A stretch of DNA of 64,000 nucleotides from an uncultured Solirubrobacterales bacterium (GTDB lineage: Bacteria > Actinomycetota > Thermoleophilia > Solirubrobacterales > 70-9): contig CAWIFA010000028.1 in assembly GCA_963835315.1 (NCBI GenBank), positions 5,197 to 69,196 of the forward strand, written 5' to 3'. A program made the translations under genes and the position numbers. The notes beneath the pieces are model-generated. The model ran no database searches and was not told where the DNA came from. It saw only the letters and a list, made by a program, of their open reading frames with translations. Each line of letters begins with the position of its first letter. Position 1 is the stretch's first letter. Shown in pieces: positions 1 through 9,418 of the stretch.

Positions 1-869
1 ATCCGCATCGGCCCGGCCAGCATCGCCACGTAGGTGTAGAAGGCGGTGAAGTCGCCAAGGCTGAGCTTGCCCGCGATCACCTGCCGCCCGCCGACCAGCA
101 GGACCAGGGCGATGCCGAGCTGGGGCAGGAAGCCGAGCAGGGAGGAGAAGCCGGCCTGCAGGCGGGTCGAGTAGATGCTCTGGTCGAAGACGCGGGCGAC
201 GGCGCGGCGGAAGCGGTGAAGCTGGTGCTGCTCGCGGGCGAAGGCCTTGACGATGCGGATCCCCGAGACGTTCTCCTCCGCTTCGGCCGTCAGCTCGGCG
301 ATCCGCTGCTGCACCTCCTGCACGGCGGGGCGGGAGACGCGGTTGTAACGCGAGGCGGTGTAGACGACGAACGGCGCCGGGGCGAGGGCGATGAGGGCCA
401 GCCAGGGCTCGAGGACGAACATCACGGCACTGGCGAGGGCGATCGTCAGCAGGTTCTGGGTGATGAAGATCAGGCCATAGCCGAGGAAGAAGCGGATCGA
501 CTGCAGGTCGATCGTCGCCCGCGACATCAACTGGCCGGTCTGCTGGGAATCGAAGAAGCCCAGCTCGAGTCGCTGCAGGTGGGCGTAGAAGCGCTGACGG
601 AGGTCGAATTCGACCGCCAGCGAGACCCGCCCGGCGACCAGGCGCCGCACCATCGTCAGCCCGAGGCGCAGGACGCCGGCGCCGACGATCGCCAGGGCCA
701 GCGGCAGCAGGTCGGGCCTTTCGCCGTTCTCGATCGCGTTGACGGCTCGCCCGATCAGCCAGGGGATCAGGACCGTCATCCCCATCGCCGCCCAGGCAAA
801 GATCAGCGAGCCCCAGAGCTGGCGGCGATAGGGCCGCAGAAAGCCCATCAGACGGCGGTAAGTCTGCAT
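1..869 (-). CDS. ABC exporter (MsbA-like), N-terminal transmembrane domain; 3' part runs off the window
   Basis: My minus-strand translation from the ATG at 867-869 reads MQTYRRLMGFLRPYRRQLWGSLIFAWAAMG...FDLRQRFYAHLQRLELGFFDSQQTGQLMSR..., which fits an ABC exporter membrane domain. It is absent from the ORF track because it has no stop in the window. The listed + ORF 216..923 is antisense and low-complexity. Confidence 0.7.
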   Translation of the reverse strand, partial: MQTYRRLMGFLRPYRRQLWGSLIFAWAAMGMTVLIPWLIGRAVNAIENGERPDLLPLALAIVGAGVLRLGLTMVRRLVAGRVSLAVEFDLRQRFYAHLQRLELGFFDSQQTGQLMSRATIDLQSIRFFLGYGLIFITQNLLTIALASAVMFVLEPWLALIALAPAPFVVYTASRYNRVSRPAVQEVQQRIAELTAEAEENVSGIRIVKAFAREQHQLHRFRRAVARVFDQSIYSTRLQAGFSSLLGFLPQLGIALVLLVGGRQVIAGKLSLGDFTAFYTYVAMLAGPMR

Positions 870-1025
870 GCGATCACCATAAACCGCCGCCTGCTCCGCT
901 TCGCGTCCGCGGGCGGCGGCTAACGGCCTGGACAAACCGCCACGTCCTCCGCTTCGCGTCCGGGCGTGGCGGCTACGCGCCATATCGGCCCCGCTCGCGG
1001 AGAATCAGATCGTGACGCTCGCTAA

Positions 1026-1655
1026 TCAGTTGAATGCGGCGGCTTTTGCACTGGTTACCTTCCCTTTCGGGCAGGGTTTCTGGACGTGCCCGGGGGGGAG
1101 GAGGATCTGGAAGTTGGTGACGGCGTGGTAGGGCGTCGGGGCGCCGTTGTTGCGGGCCAGGGTGACGACGAGGCGGTAGAAGCCGGCCGGGAGGTCGCGG
1201 TAGTAGATCTCCGGCCGGGTCGCCGGCGAGTAGCTGCCGTTGGCGCCGATCCGCATGGCCAGCACCCCGTTCGGTCCCGAGTAGCGGGGGAAGTCGAACG
1301 AATTGCCGATCAGCCGGCCGCGCCCGAGCGGGCTTTCCTCGGCGATCGCGAGCTTCGCCGGGTCGACGCAGTCGGGCACGCGGTTGAGCGCGAAGCGCAG
1401 GTTGCCCTCGCCGAGCCGCGGTGCGCCGCCGAAGCGCAGCGGGGCCAGGCTGAAGTTGCTCACCTTCGTCTTGACGACGACGGCGCGGTCGGCCTGCCGC
1501 GCGCCGTTGCGGGGCGAGACGATCTCGACGGCGGGTTCGCCGGGCAGCGGCGCCCTGGCTGAGCTGTGCGTCCCGTCGCCCGTGAAGACGACGATCGGGA
1601 CGACGGCGGCGACGACCGCCGCCAAGCCTGCAAGGATTACGAATCCGCGCCGCAT
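1026..1655 (-). CDS. secreted/membrane-anchored hypothetical protein
   Basis: Inside ORF 1026..1781. The internal start MRRGFVILAGLAAVVAAVVPIVVF gives a signal/anchor-like hydrophobic N-terminus. The rest has normal, non-low-complexity composition. Confidence 0.5.
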   Translation of the reverse strand: MRRGFVILAGLAAVVAAVVPIVVFTGDGTHSSARAPLPGEPAVEIVSPRNGARQADRAVVVKTKVSNFSLAPLRFGGAPRLGEGNLRFALNRVPDCVDPAKLAIAEESPLGRGRLIGNSFDFPRYSGPNGVLAMRIGANGSYSPATRPEIYYRDLPAGFYRLVVTLARNNGAPTPYHAVTNFQILLPPGHVQKPCPKGKVTSAKAAAFN

Positions 1656-1704
1656 GCGGGCCGGAACATTACGCACCGCAAGGGCAGGCTTGCGACCACG
1701 AGAC

Positions 1705-2133
1705 ATGACCCCCGCCACCGAACTCGCATACAGGATCGGCGCTGCCGCGCGGCGCCCGGACAGCTGGTGGCAGCTGTGCAAATTCGGCCTGGTCGGAGCC
1801 TCCGGCTATCTGATCAACCTGGCCGCCTTCTCGGTTCTCACGGGCAGCTTCGGCCTCCACCATCTCCTCGCCGCGGTCGGCGCTTTCTGCGTCGCGCTGG
1901 CCAACAACTTCCTCTGGAACCGCCACTGGACCTTCGAACCCGGGGAGCGGCACCCGGGCCACCAGGCGCTGCGTTTTTTCGCGGTCAGCCTTGCTGCGCT
2001 CGGAATCAACCTCGTCGTGCTGCAGCTGCTCGTCACCGGCAGCGGGCTGAGCGACCTGCCCGCGCAGGCGATCGCGGTCGCGGTCGCCATGCCCTTCAAT
2101 TTCTTGGGCAACAAGTTGTGGACTTTCACCTGA
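1705..2133 (+). CDS. GtrA-family membrane protein
   Basis: C-terminal part of ORF 1303..2133, from the ATG at 1705. It reads ...FGLVGASGYLINLAAFSVL...ALANNFLWNRHWTF...PFNFLGNKLWTFT, the typical GtrA motifs with four TM segments. Confidence 0.7.
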   Translation: MTPATELAYRIGAAARRPDSWWQLCKFGLVGASGYLINLAAFSVLTGSFGLHHLLAAVGAFCVALANNFLWNRHWTFEPGERHPGHQALRFFAVSLAALGINLVVLQLLVTGSGLSDLPAQAIAVAVAMPFNFLGNKLWTFT

Positions 2134-2164
2134 GGGCCGTAGACCGGCGCAGTCTCGGGGTCCG

Positions 2165-2524
2165 CTACCACTCTCCTTCCAGCCAATGGAGTAGATCGGG
2201 TTCGATTTTGGCAAGGTCTGGTTGGTCGGTAGCCAGCTCCGTCGTCGCCAACTGGATCGCCGCGCCGAGGGCGAATGTGGCGCGGCCTTGGTCTCCGCCG
2301 AGCCAGGCCTCGAGCCTGCACTGGCGCGGGTGATCTGCTCGAAGCGCGTGCAGGGCGGACCGGGCGGCTGCGGGATCGGTCTCGGCCATGTCGATCAACG
2401 CCGCCAGCCCGGCCCTGATTCGGTGTCGCGGGCGTGCCGCCTCTGCTGCGGCCATCGCCCCCTTAACGAATTCTTCTTCTAAACGGCCCTCATCCAGCAG
2501 GGCAGTTCTCGTACCCTCTCCCAT
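2165..2524 (-). CDS. hypothetical helical protein
   Basis: ORF 2165..2524 has balanced composition, while the overlapping + ORFs are Arg/Pro-rich junk. No family recognised. Confidence 0.4.
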   Translation of the reverse strand: MGEGTRTALLDEGRLEEEFVKGAMAAAEAARPRHRIRAGLAALIDMAETDPAAARSALHALRADHPRQCRLEAWLGGDQGRATFALGAAIQLATTELATDQPDLAKIEPDLLHWLEGEW

Positions 2525-2702
2525 GTTGGGACCTCCTCTTCAGGTCTCGGCCAGGCCCCGGGGTGTCGCAAGCGCCGCCGGGGCCACGTCTTGTAACGGT
2601 TTCAAGTGTCACTCGAATAATTCAAGCTGCTTGACCAATGATTTCCCAGCATAGGTCCCCACCGGCCTGCGGTCAACGTCACCTGGCAGACTGCGACCCG
2701 AG

Positions 2703-4907
2703 ATGAGCAGCACAAAGCCGAATTACGACCCGGCCGAGCTCGAGCCCGCGCGCCAGGCGGAGTGGGAGGAGCGCGCGACCTTCGCCACCCCTACGCCAGG
2801 CGTCGACCAGCGGGCCGTCTACATCAAGCCTTCCAGCCCGTTCACCTCGGGCAATCTGCACATGGGCCACGTGCGCGACTACTCGATCGGCGACGCCTAC
2901 GCGCGCTTCCGGCGGGCCCGCGGCGACGCCGTGCTCTTCGGCTTCGGCTTCGACGCCTTCGGCCTGCCGGCGGAGATGGCGGCGATCGAGCGCGGCGCCC
3001 GGCCGGCCGAGTGGGTCGAGCGCTGCGGCGAGCGAATGCTCGGGCAGATGAAGCGGCTCGGCTTCTCCTTCGACTACGAGCGTGCCTTCTACAGCTCCGA
3101 CGAGGCCCAGTACCGCTGGTCGCAGTGGCTCTTCCTCACCCTGCACGAGGCGGGGCTGATCTACCGCGACGACGCCACGGTCGACTGGTGCGACACCTGC
3201 CAGACGACGCTTGCCGCGCTACAGGTCGAGGACGGGCGCTGCTGGCGCTGCCATAACAAGGTGCGGCTGATCCGCCGCCCGACCTGGTTCCTGCGCCTCT
3301 CGCCCTACCTCGAGGAGAACGACCGCAACCTCGCCGGCCTGGAGGAGGACTGGGACGAGCTCTCGCTGAACACCCAGCGCTACATCCTCGGCCGCAGCGA
3401 CGGCGTCGAGCTCGACCTCGCCGGGCCCGACGGCGGCTTCGTCGTCTTCACGCCTCATGGCGGTGACTTCGGCGAGGCGCGCTTCGTGCTGCTCTCGCCG
3501 CGCCATCCGGAGGTCGAGCGCTACGCGAGCGACCCTGAGGTCGCCGGGCGGCTCGACGAGCTGCGCTCCGGCGGCTGGGAGCGCAGCGCCCGCGACGCCG
3601 CCGCCGTGCCGGTGATCGACACCGGCGCCTCGGTCGAGGTCGCCGGCGGCGGCAGCCTGCCGGTCTTCGTCTCGCCGCTGGTCGACGCCCGCTACGGGCC
3701 CACTGCGGCGCTCGGCATCCCGGCGGTCGACGAGGCCGACGAGGCGATCGCGGCGCGGATGGAGCGCGTCGCCGCTGCGCCGCTCGGCGGCGGCGAGGCA
3801 ACGGCGCTGGCGCCGCAGAAGGCGCGTCGCTACCGCGCCTACGACTTCTCGATCTCGCGCCAGCGCTACTGGGGCACGCCGATCCCGGTCCTGCACTGCG
3901 AGGGCTGCGGCGTCGTCCCCGTGCCGATCGAGGACCTGCCGGTGGCGCTGCCGCGCGACGTCGAGCCGAGCGGCGAAGGCAATCCGCTGGCCGAGCGCCC
4001 CGACTTCCTCGAGACGAGCTGCCCGAGCTGCGGCGGCGCGGCGCGGCGCGAGACCGACACGCTTGACTGCCACTTCGACGCGCTCTGGCTCTGGGTGCCC
4101 GCCGCGGTGCCGCCGGCCGAGCGCGACGAGCAGATGTTCAGCCACCCCGATCTGCGGCGCTGGCTGCCCTCCGAGCGGCTCGTCGCCGGCAACGACAGCG
4201 GCGGTTTCGTCTTCGACCAGCGGGTGGTGACCAAGGCGCTGCGCGACATCGGCCCGTTCGAGTTCCTCGCCGACGGCGAGCCGTTCGCCGGCTGCCTGTT
4301 CCACGAGATGGTGATCGCCGACGGGCGCAAGATGAGCAAGCACCTCGGCAACGTCGTCGACCCCGACGCCCTGGTCGCCGAGCACGGCGCCGACACGGTG
4401 CGGCTCGCGGTCCTCTACGCCGCCGGGCCGGCCAAGGCGCTCAACTGGACCGACGGGGCGCTGCGCTTCGCCTCGCGCTTCCTGCGCGGGCTCTGGGACT
4501 ACACGCACGAGAGCATCGCCGCCGCGGCGCAGGCGCCCGAGGACGCCGAGGCCGCCGCCGACACGGCGTTCATCCGCGAGCGGCTGGGCAAATGGTGCGA
4601 GAGCGGCCTCGAGCGGATCACCGCCGACCTGGAGCAGCTGCAGATGCACAAGGCGTTGCGCAACGTGACCCGCCTGCTGGAGCGGATCAAGGACTACGAG
4701 AAGCGCGTCGTCAAGCGCCAGGAGCGGCTCGGGCGCGAGGACTATGAGGCGCTGCTCGAGGCGCTGGCGCTGCTCGCCCGCACGCTCTCGCCCTTCGCGC
4801 CGCACGTCGCCGAGCAGCTGCTGGTTGCGCTGGGACGGGACGCGTCTGTAGGATTTCCGGCAGGTGGAGAGGATCTGGGAGGCCTCTCAATGGCCGGAAA
4901 TAACTGA
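2703..4907 (+). CDS. leuS: leucine--tRNA ligase
   Basis: Class I motifs HMGH (NLHMGHVRDY) and KMSKH are present. Other LeuRS blocks include FGFDAFGLPAE, WCDTCQTTLA, RRPTWFLRLS and SRQRYWGTPIP. Confidence 0.9.
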   Translation: MSSTKPNYDPAELEPARQAEWEERATFATPTPGVDQRAVYIKPSSPFTSGNLHMGHVRDYSIGDAYARFRRARGDAVLFGFGFDAFGLPAEMAAIERGARPAEWVERCGERMLGQMKRLGFSFDYERAFYSSDEAQYRWSQWLFLTLHEAGLIYRDDATVDWCDTCQTTLAALQVEDGRCWRCHNKVRLIRRPTWFLRLSPYLEENDRNLAGLEEDWDELSLNTQRYILGRSDGVELDLAGPDGGFVVFTPHGGDFGEARFVLLSPRHPEVERYASDPEVAGRLDELRSGGWERSARDAAAVPVIDTGASVEVAGGGSLPVFVSPLVDARYGPTAALGIPAVDEADEAIAARMERVAAAPLGGGEATALAPQKARRYRAYDFSISRQRYWGTPIPVLHCEGCGVVPVPIEDLPVALPRDVEPSGEGNPLAERPDFLETSCPSCGGAARRETDTLDCHFDALWLWVPAAVPPAERDEQMFSHPDLRRWLPSERLVAGNDSGGFVFDQRVVTKALRDIGPFEFLADGEPFAGCLFHEMVIADGRKMSKHLGNVVDPDALVAEHGADTVRLAVLYAAGPAKALNWTDGALRFASRFLRGLWDYTHESIAAAAQAPEDAEAAADTAFIRERLGKWCESGLERITADLEQLQMHKALRNVTRLLERIKDYEKRVVKRQERLGREDYEALLEALALLARTLSPFAPHVAEQLLVALGRDASVGFPAGGEDLGGLSMAGNN

Positions 4908-5027
4908 GCGATAACCAGGAATCTGCTATATAGGGCGACTGATGATCAGGCGGGAGCACAAGAAGCGGCGCAGGCGGTTCGCCAAGGCGGGCGCCCTGCC
5001 GTCGCTAGCCGGAGGCATCGAGGGGCG

Positions 5028-6326
5028 ATGAGCTCCTCGGCCGACCAGCGCACCCGCTCCTGCGCGACGGAGCTGGTCTGCCACGACTGCAACCTGCGGC
5101 TGCCGCTGCTCGACACCACCTTCAGGTGCCTCGGCTGCGGCAAGACGCTCGACATCGACTACGACTACGAGCTCGCCAAGCAGCGGATCGCCGAGCTGCC
5201 GATCGGCGAGCGCGAGCTGAACATCTGGCGCTTCGAGGAGCTGCTGCCGATCGTCGACGCCGGGGCGCAGTCGCGCGTCGGCCGCTACAGCGGGCGCACG
5301 CCGCTGATCCACGCCGACCGGCTCGGCGCCGAGCTCGGGCTGCGCAACCTCTACATCAAGGACGACTCGACCCAGCGGCCGAGCCTTTCCTACAAGGACC
5401 GCGTCGTCTCGATGGCGATCGCGCGGCTGCTCGAGCTTGGCAAGGACGAGATCGGCTGCGTCTCGACCGGCAACGTCGGCACCGCGGTCTCCGCGATGGC
5501 GGCAAAGGCCGGGGTGACCGCATACGTCTTCTACCCGAGCAACATGGAGCGCGGCAAGGCGCGCGCCTGCCGGGCGCTCGGTGCGATCGTGATCCAGCTC
5601 GACGGCAACTACGACGAAGCCAATCGCGCCTGCCGCGAGCTGGCGCTGGAGACCGGCGTGCAGTTCACCAACATCACCCTGCGCCCCTTCTACGCCGAGG
5701 GGGCGAAGACGATGGCCTTCGAGGTGGTCGAGCAGCTCGACTGGATCTCGCCCGACCACTTCGTCATCCCGGCCGCCGGCGGCACGCTCTCCTCGCGCGT
5801 GCACAAGGGCCTCGAGGAGATGGAGACGGTCGGCATGGCGGAGACGGCGGCGACCAAGATCCACATCGCCCAGGCGGCGGGCTGCAACCCGATCGCCGCC
5901 GCGATCCTCGACGGCAGCGGCGAGATCGAGCCGCAGCGGCCGGAGACGGCGGCGCACTCGATCGCGATCGGCGCCCCCGGCGACGGCCCGCTGGTCGTCG
6001 ACGCGGTGATGTCGCGCGGCGGCTCGGCGGCGGCGGCCAGCGACCCGGAGATCTTCGAGGCGCTGGACCTGCTCGGCGCGACCGAGGGCATCCTTGCCGA
6101 GCCGGCCGCCGGCGCCACCATCGCCGGCACGATCAAGCTCGCCAACGAAGGCAAGCTCGGCCCCGACGACACCGTCGTCGCGATCGTCTCCGGCAACGGC
6201 TACAAGACCCTCGACGAGCACCCGGACAAGCCCTGGCCCGAACTGGTCGCGCCGGAACTCGAGCCGATGGAGCGCACCCTGGCCGAATTCCGCCATTCGG
6301 GCGCCGGCGCGGCGCTGCCCGGCTAG
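5028..6326 (+). CDS. thrC: threonine synthase with N-terminal zinc-ribbon
   Basis: PLP-lysine motif SLSYKDR, glycine loop STGNVG, an N-terminal CHDC...CLGC ribbon, and SGNGYK near the C-terminus. Confidence 0.8.
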   Translation: MSSSADQRTRSCATELVCHDCNLRLPLLDTTFRCLGCGKTLDIDYDYELAKQRIAELPIGERELNIWRFEELLPIVDAGAQSRVGRYSGRTPLIHADRLGAELGLRNLYIKDDSTQRPSLSYKDRVVSMAIARLLELGKDEIGCVSTGNVGTAVSAMAAKAGVTAYVFYPSNMERGKARACRALGAIVIQLDGNYDEANRACRELALETGVQFTNITLRPFYAEGAKTMAFEVVEQLDWISPDHFVIPAAGGTLSSRVHKGLEEMETVGMAETAATKIHIAQAAGCNPIAAAILDGSGEIEPQRPETAAHSIAIGAPGDGPLVVDAVMSRGGSAAAASDPEIFEALDLLGATEGILAEPAAGATIAGTIKLANEGKLGPDDTVVAIVSGNGYKTLDEHPDKPWPELVAPELEPMERTLAEFRHSGAGAALPG

Positions 6327-7318
6327 CCGAGGAGGCGCAGGCCCAAAGCGCGACGAGCGCCGTGTAGCCGCCGCACCACCCTGAACCGCCAGGTCGCCGG
6401 GGTTCGGTCGGTCGCTCTGCCGGGGGCGCTGGCCCTGACCCTGAAGACGTGCCGGCCGAGTCGCAGCCTCCGCGCGGTGAACGGCGAGCGGCAGCGCCGG
6501 AAGCGCCGCCGGTCGAGCTTGCAGAGGAACCGCGACCGGCGACGGCTGGAGGTGAAGCGGAAGGTCGGGGTGCGATCGCGCGTCACCCGGCGCGGCCGGT
6601 GACGGATCCTGGTCTGGGGGCGCCGCCGCGCGACGCCGCCGGAGCCCGCCCCGCCACCGGCGCCGGACGCCGGGTTGCCGGGGACGGCCGGGCTCTGCGA
6701 GGAGCAGGCGCGCTCGCCGGGAGCGACCGAGTTGGGACGCGGCGCGGGAAAGGCATCGGAGAAGTCCGCCGCGCTGTCGTCGCGGTCGTCGGTGGCCTCG
6801 AGCAGGGTCGGACAGCCGGGTGCGATCGTGCGGCGCAGCGCCATCCCGTCGGGGATGCCCAGGGGGTCGGCGGGCGAGCCGGTCGGCGACGGGGCCGAGC
6901 CGTGAAAGCCGCCCCAGGAAACGCAGTCGAGCGATTCCCAGCAGACCGCGCCACCCGTCGGGTCGAGCAGGCCCGAGGACATCCCGGCGTCGGCGACGAC
7001 GCCGAACTGCGACTCGGCGGCCGGCGTTGCGGCGACGAGCGTGCTCTGGTCGGCGCCGTTCGGCGCCTCGGCCCCGAAGCTCGCCGTTCCCACCCGGGTC
7101 CCCGCGGCGTCGAGGAAGTCGATCGAGTGACCCGCGACGAGGTTCTGCCCCGACGCGTACATCTGCAGCTCGACGTACTCGGCTTCCGGGCTCGCGCCCG
7201 AGCCGGGGTAGACCTCGCGGACCGACATCAGGTGGAAGGTCGCCGACGCAGCGGCGGGGGCGATCGCGAGCGCGGCTGCCGCCAGCGCCGCCGCGAGGAT
7301 CACGAGCCGCCGTCTCAC
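6323..7318 (-). CDS. secreted lamin-tail-domain (LTD) protein with Arg-rich C-terminal module
   Basis: The GTG at 7316-7318 gives VRRRLVILAAALAAAALAIAPAAASA (signal peptide). This is followed by FHLMSVREVYPGSG...EYVELQMYASG, which is LTD-like. It is a paralog of the upstream gene. The long ORF 6323..8182 upstream of this start is antisense noise. Confidence 0.7.
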   Translation of the reverse strand: MRRRLVILAAALAAAALAIAPAAASATFHLMSVREVYPGSGASPEAEYVELQMYASGQNLVAGHSIDFLDAAGTRVGTASFGAEAPNGADQSTLVAATPAAESQFGVVADAGMSSGLLDPTGGAVCWESLDCVSWGGFHGSAPSPTGSPADPLGIPDGMALRRTIAPGCPTLLEATDDRDDSAADFSDAFPAPRPNSVAPGERACSSQSPAVPGNPASGAGGGAGSGGVARRRPQTRIRHRPRRVTRDRTPTFRFTSSRRRSRFLCKLDRRRFRRCRSPFTARRLRLGRHVFRVRASAPGRATDRTPATWRFRVVRRLHGARRALGLRLLG

Positions 7319-8910
7319 GCCCGATGCCTCCTCCGCACGTCGCGGCGCGCACAGCGATGGCGCCTGTCGTGGCGGCCGTGGCGGCAGCGATGGCCGCTGC
7401 GACCGCGGGTCACCCGAAAGACCCACCGCGCCGGAGTGGCGTCGAACCTGCCGCCGGCAAGCGCCCGGACGCGGATCCGGTGGCGTCCCGGGCGCAGCCG
7501 TCTCGTCGTGAACGGCGAGCGGCAGGCTGTGAACCGCGCCCGGTCGACGCTGCACTGGAAGCGGGCGTTGGCGAGGTTTGAGCGGAAGCGCACAGTGGGC
7601 GTGCGGTCCCTGGTCCTGCGGCGCGACCTCGACGTGATGTTGGTCCGGGGCGGGGAGGGGGCGGACTGCGGGGCCGGGGCGGTCGTCGGCGCGGTGGGCG
7701 CGGGTGCGTGCGCGACAGGCGGGGGCAGCGGCGAGGACGGTGGCGCCTCGACGTCGAAGCTGTAGCCCGCCGGGGTCGGGTCGACGTTGGCGCTGGGGTC
7801 GACCGCGCGGACGAGAAAGGTGTGCGGGCCGTTCGCGAGGCCGGTGTAGGCGATCCCGGAGGCCGCGCAGGCCGCGAACGCGGCTCCGTCCAGCTTGCAT
7901 TCGAAGCTCGAGCCCGGCTCGTTCGATTCGTAGGTGAAGGAGGCGGTTGAGCTTTCGCTCGGGTCGGGCGGCCGCGAGAGGATCGTCGTCTGCGGCGCCG
8001 TCGTATCGGCGGATGAGTTGTCGACTTCCCATTCGTACGCGGCGGCGGGGCCCTGGTTGGCGGCGGGGTCCGTGGCGCGGACCTTGAAGGTGTAGGCGCC
8101 GTCGGCGAGGCCGGTGTAGGTCTTGCCCGAGGACGGACAGGCGGAGAAGCTGTCGGCCGCCGATCCGGCGGCGAGGCTGCATTCGAAGCTCGCGCCGAAC
8201 TCGCTCGCGTGGTAGGTGAACGAGGCGCTGGCCCCGGGACTGGGATCGTCGGGGTGGCTGTCGATCGTCGTCGTCGGCGCGGTCGTGTCGATGCAGGCGG
8301 CCTCGGCGATCGGGCTGGAGTTGTTGCGCGGGTTCGGGCTAGCGTCCACGAAGTCGGTGGCGCTGTCGTTCGAGTCGTCGGAGGCCTCGAGCAGGGTCGC
8401 GCAGCCCGGTTCGATCGTGCGGCGCAGCGCCTTGCCGTCGGGGATGCCCGAGAGGTCTGCCGGCGAGCCCGATGCCGACGGCGTCGAGCCGCTGAAGCTT
8501 CCCCAGGAGACGCAGTCGATCGAGCCGGCCCAGCAGACCGCGCCGCCCGTCGCGGAAACGCCGATGCCCGAGGCGATGAGGTCCGGCGCGACGCCGAAGG
8601 CGCTCAGCACGCCGCTGTCGCCGATCAGGATCGTCTGCTGGTTGGCTGCGTTGGGCACGCTGGAGCCGAAGGTGAAGGCGCCGCTCGCCGTCCCGCTCGC
8701 GTCGTAGACCGTGAGCGCGTGTCCGCCGACGAAGCCCTGCCCCGACGCGTACATCTGCAGCTCGACGTAGCCGGAGTCGGGATGCGCGGTCGATCCCGGG
8801 TAGACCTCACGAACCGAGATCAGGTGGAAGGTCGCCTGGGCGGCGGGCGCCCAGACCAGCGCCGCGGTCAGCGCGGCGAGCGCGGCGATCGGCATGCGGC
8901 GTCTCCCCAT
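7315..8910 (-). CDS. secreted LTD protein with three FxCxLDG..HTF.VRA.D repeat modules
   Basis: Signal peptide MGRRRMPIAALAALTAALVWAPAAQA, then an LTD-like domain. Repeats follow (SFTYHASEFGASFECSL...GAYTFKVRATD; SFTYESNEPGSSFECKLDG...GPHTFLVRAVD). The last module is a polybasic version of the same repeat. Confidence 0.75.
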   Translation of the reverse strand: MGRRRMPIAALAALTAALVWAPAAQATFHLISVREVYPGSTAHPDSGYVELQMYASGQGFVGGHALTVYDASGTASGAFTFGSSVPNAANQQTILIGDSGVLSAFGVAPDLIASGIGVSATGGAVCWAGSIDCVSWGSFSGSTPSASGSPADLSGIPDGKALRRTIEPGCATLLEASDDSNDSATDFVDASPNPRNNSSPIAEAACIDTTAPTTTIDSHPDDPSPGASASFTYHASEFGASFECSLAAGSAADSFSACPSSGKTYTGLADGAYTFKVRATDPAANQGPAAAYEWEVDNSSADTTAPQTTILSRPPDPSESSTASFTYESNEPGSSFECKLDGAAFAACAASGIAYTGLANGPHTFLVRAVDPSANVDPTPAGYSFDVEAPPSSPLPPPVAHAPAPTAPTTAPAPQSAPSPPRTNITSRSRRRTRDRTPTVRFRSNLANARFQCSVDRARFTACRSPFTTRRLRPGRHRIRVRALAGGRFDATPARWVFRVTRGRSGHRCRHGRHDRRHRCARRDVRRRHRA

Positions 8911-9025
8911 CGCCCCTGCCTACGGGCGCGAGGGCGCCGAGGTTCACCGGATGCCGCACGGGCGAGCGAATGACGATCTGCCCTTCTCTTGAACCTCAGG
9001 CGGCAGAGGTCCGTAGACACAGGCG

Positions 9026-9412
9026 ATGCGGGCGATCACCGGCAGCAGACGGCGCAGGGCGATACCGACCGCCGCGGTTGCGGCGGCGGCGCTCATCGCG
9101 GCCCTGGCCTTCGGCGTCCTCGCCCCGGCTTCCGGTGAAGGGCGCCATCGCAGCCATCGCCGTGCGGCCAGGGTTCGCGTCGAGATCGAGGACTTCGCCT
9201 TCCACCCCCATGCGCTGAGGGTCAGGCGAGGGAGGAGGGTCGTGTTCGGCAACCGCGACCGCGTCGCCCACACGGCGACCCGGCGCGGCAGCTTCAACAC
9301 CGGCCGCATACGGCCGGGCCGCTCGGTGGCCGTTCGCTTCTCGCGGCGCGGCGTCTACGCTTTCCACTGCATGATCCACCCCTTCATGCACGGCAAGATC
9401 GTCGTAGGCTGA
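9026..9412 (+). CDS. cupredoxin (amicyanin/plastocyanin-like blue copper protein)
   Basis: Signal-like N-terminus. Type-1 copper ligand pattern: AHTAT ... FHCMIHPFMHG (H, then C-x2-H-x2-M). Confidence 0.7.
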   Translation: MRAITGSRRRRAIPTAAVAAAALIAALAFGVLAPASGEGRHRSHRRAARVRVEIEDFAFHPHALRVRRGRRVVFGNRDRVAHTATRRGSFNTGRIRPGRSVAVRFSRRGVYAFHCMIHPFMHGKIVVG

Positions 9413-9418
9413 GGTCAC

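Noticed and set aside
216-923. 235-aa + ORF
   Set aside because: It is antisense to the ABC exporter membrane domain and its composition is dominated by D/E/R/G/Q runs.
2631-2657. TTGACC ... TAGGTC as the leuS promoter
   Set aside because: The spacing between the hexamers (about 15 nt) is suboptimal, and a by-eye promoter call in high-G+C DNA is unreliable.
3219-4805. 528-aa minus ORF (and 2679..3146)
   Set aside because: It is antisense to leuS with low-complexity composition.
4926-7352. 808-aa minus-strand ORF spanning thrC and the LTD gene
   Set aside because: Arg/Pro/Gly/Ala low-complexity product that is antisense to a well-conserved thrC. This is a typical high-G+C shadow ORF.
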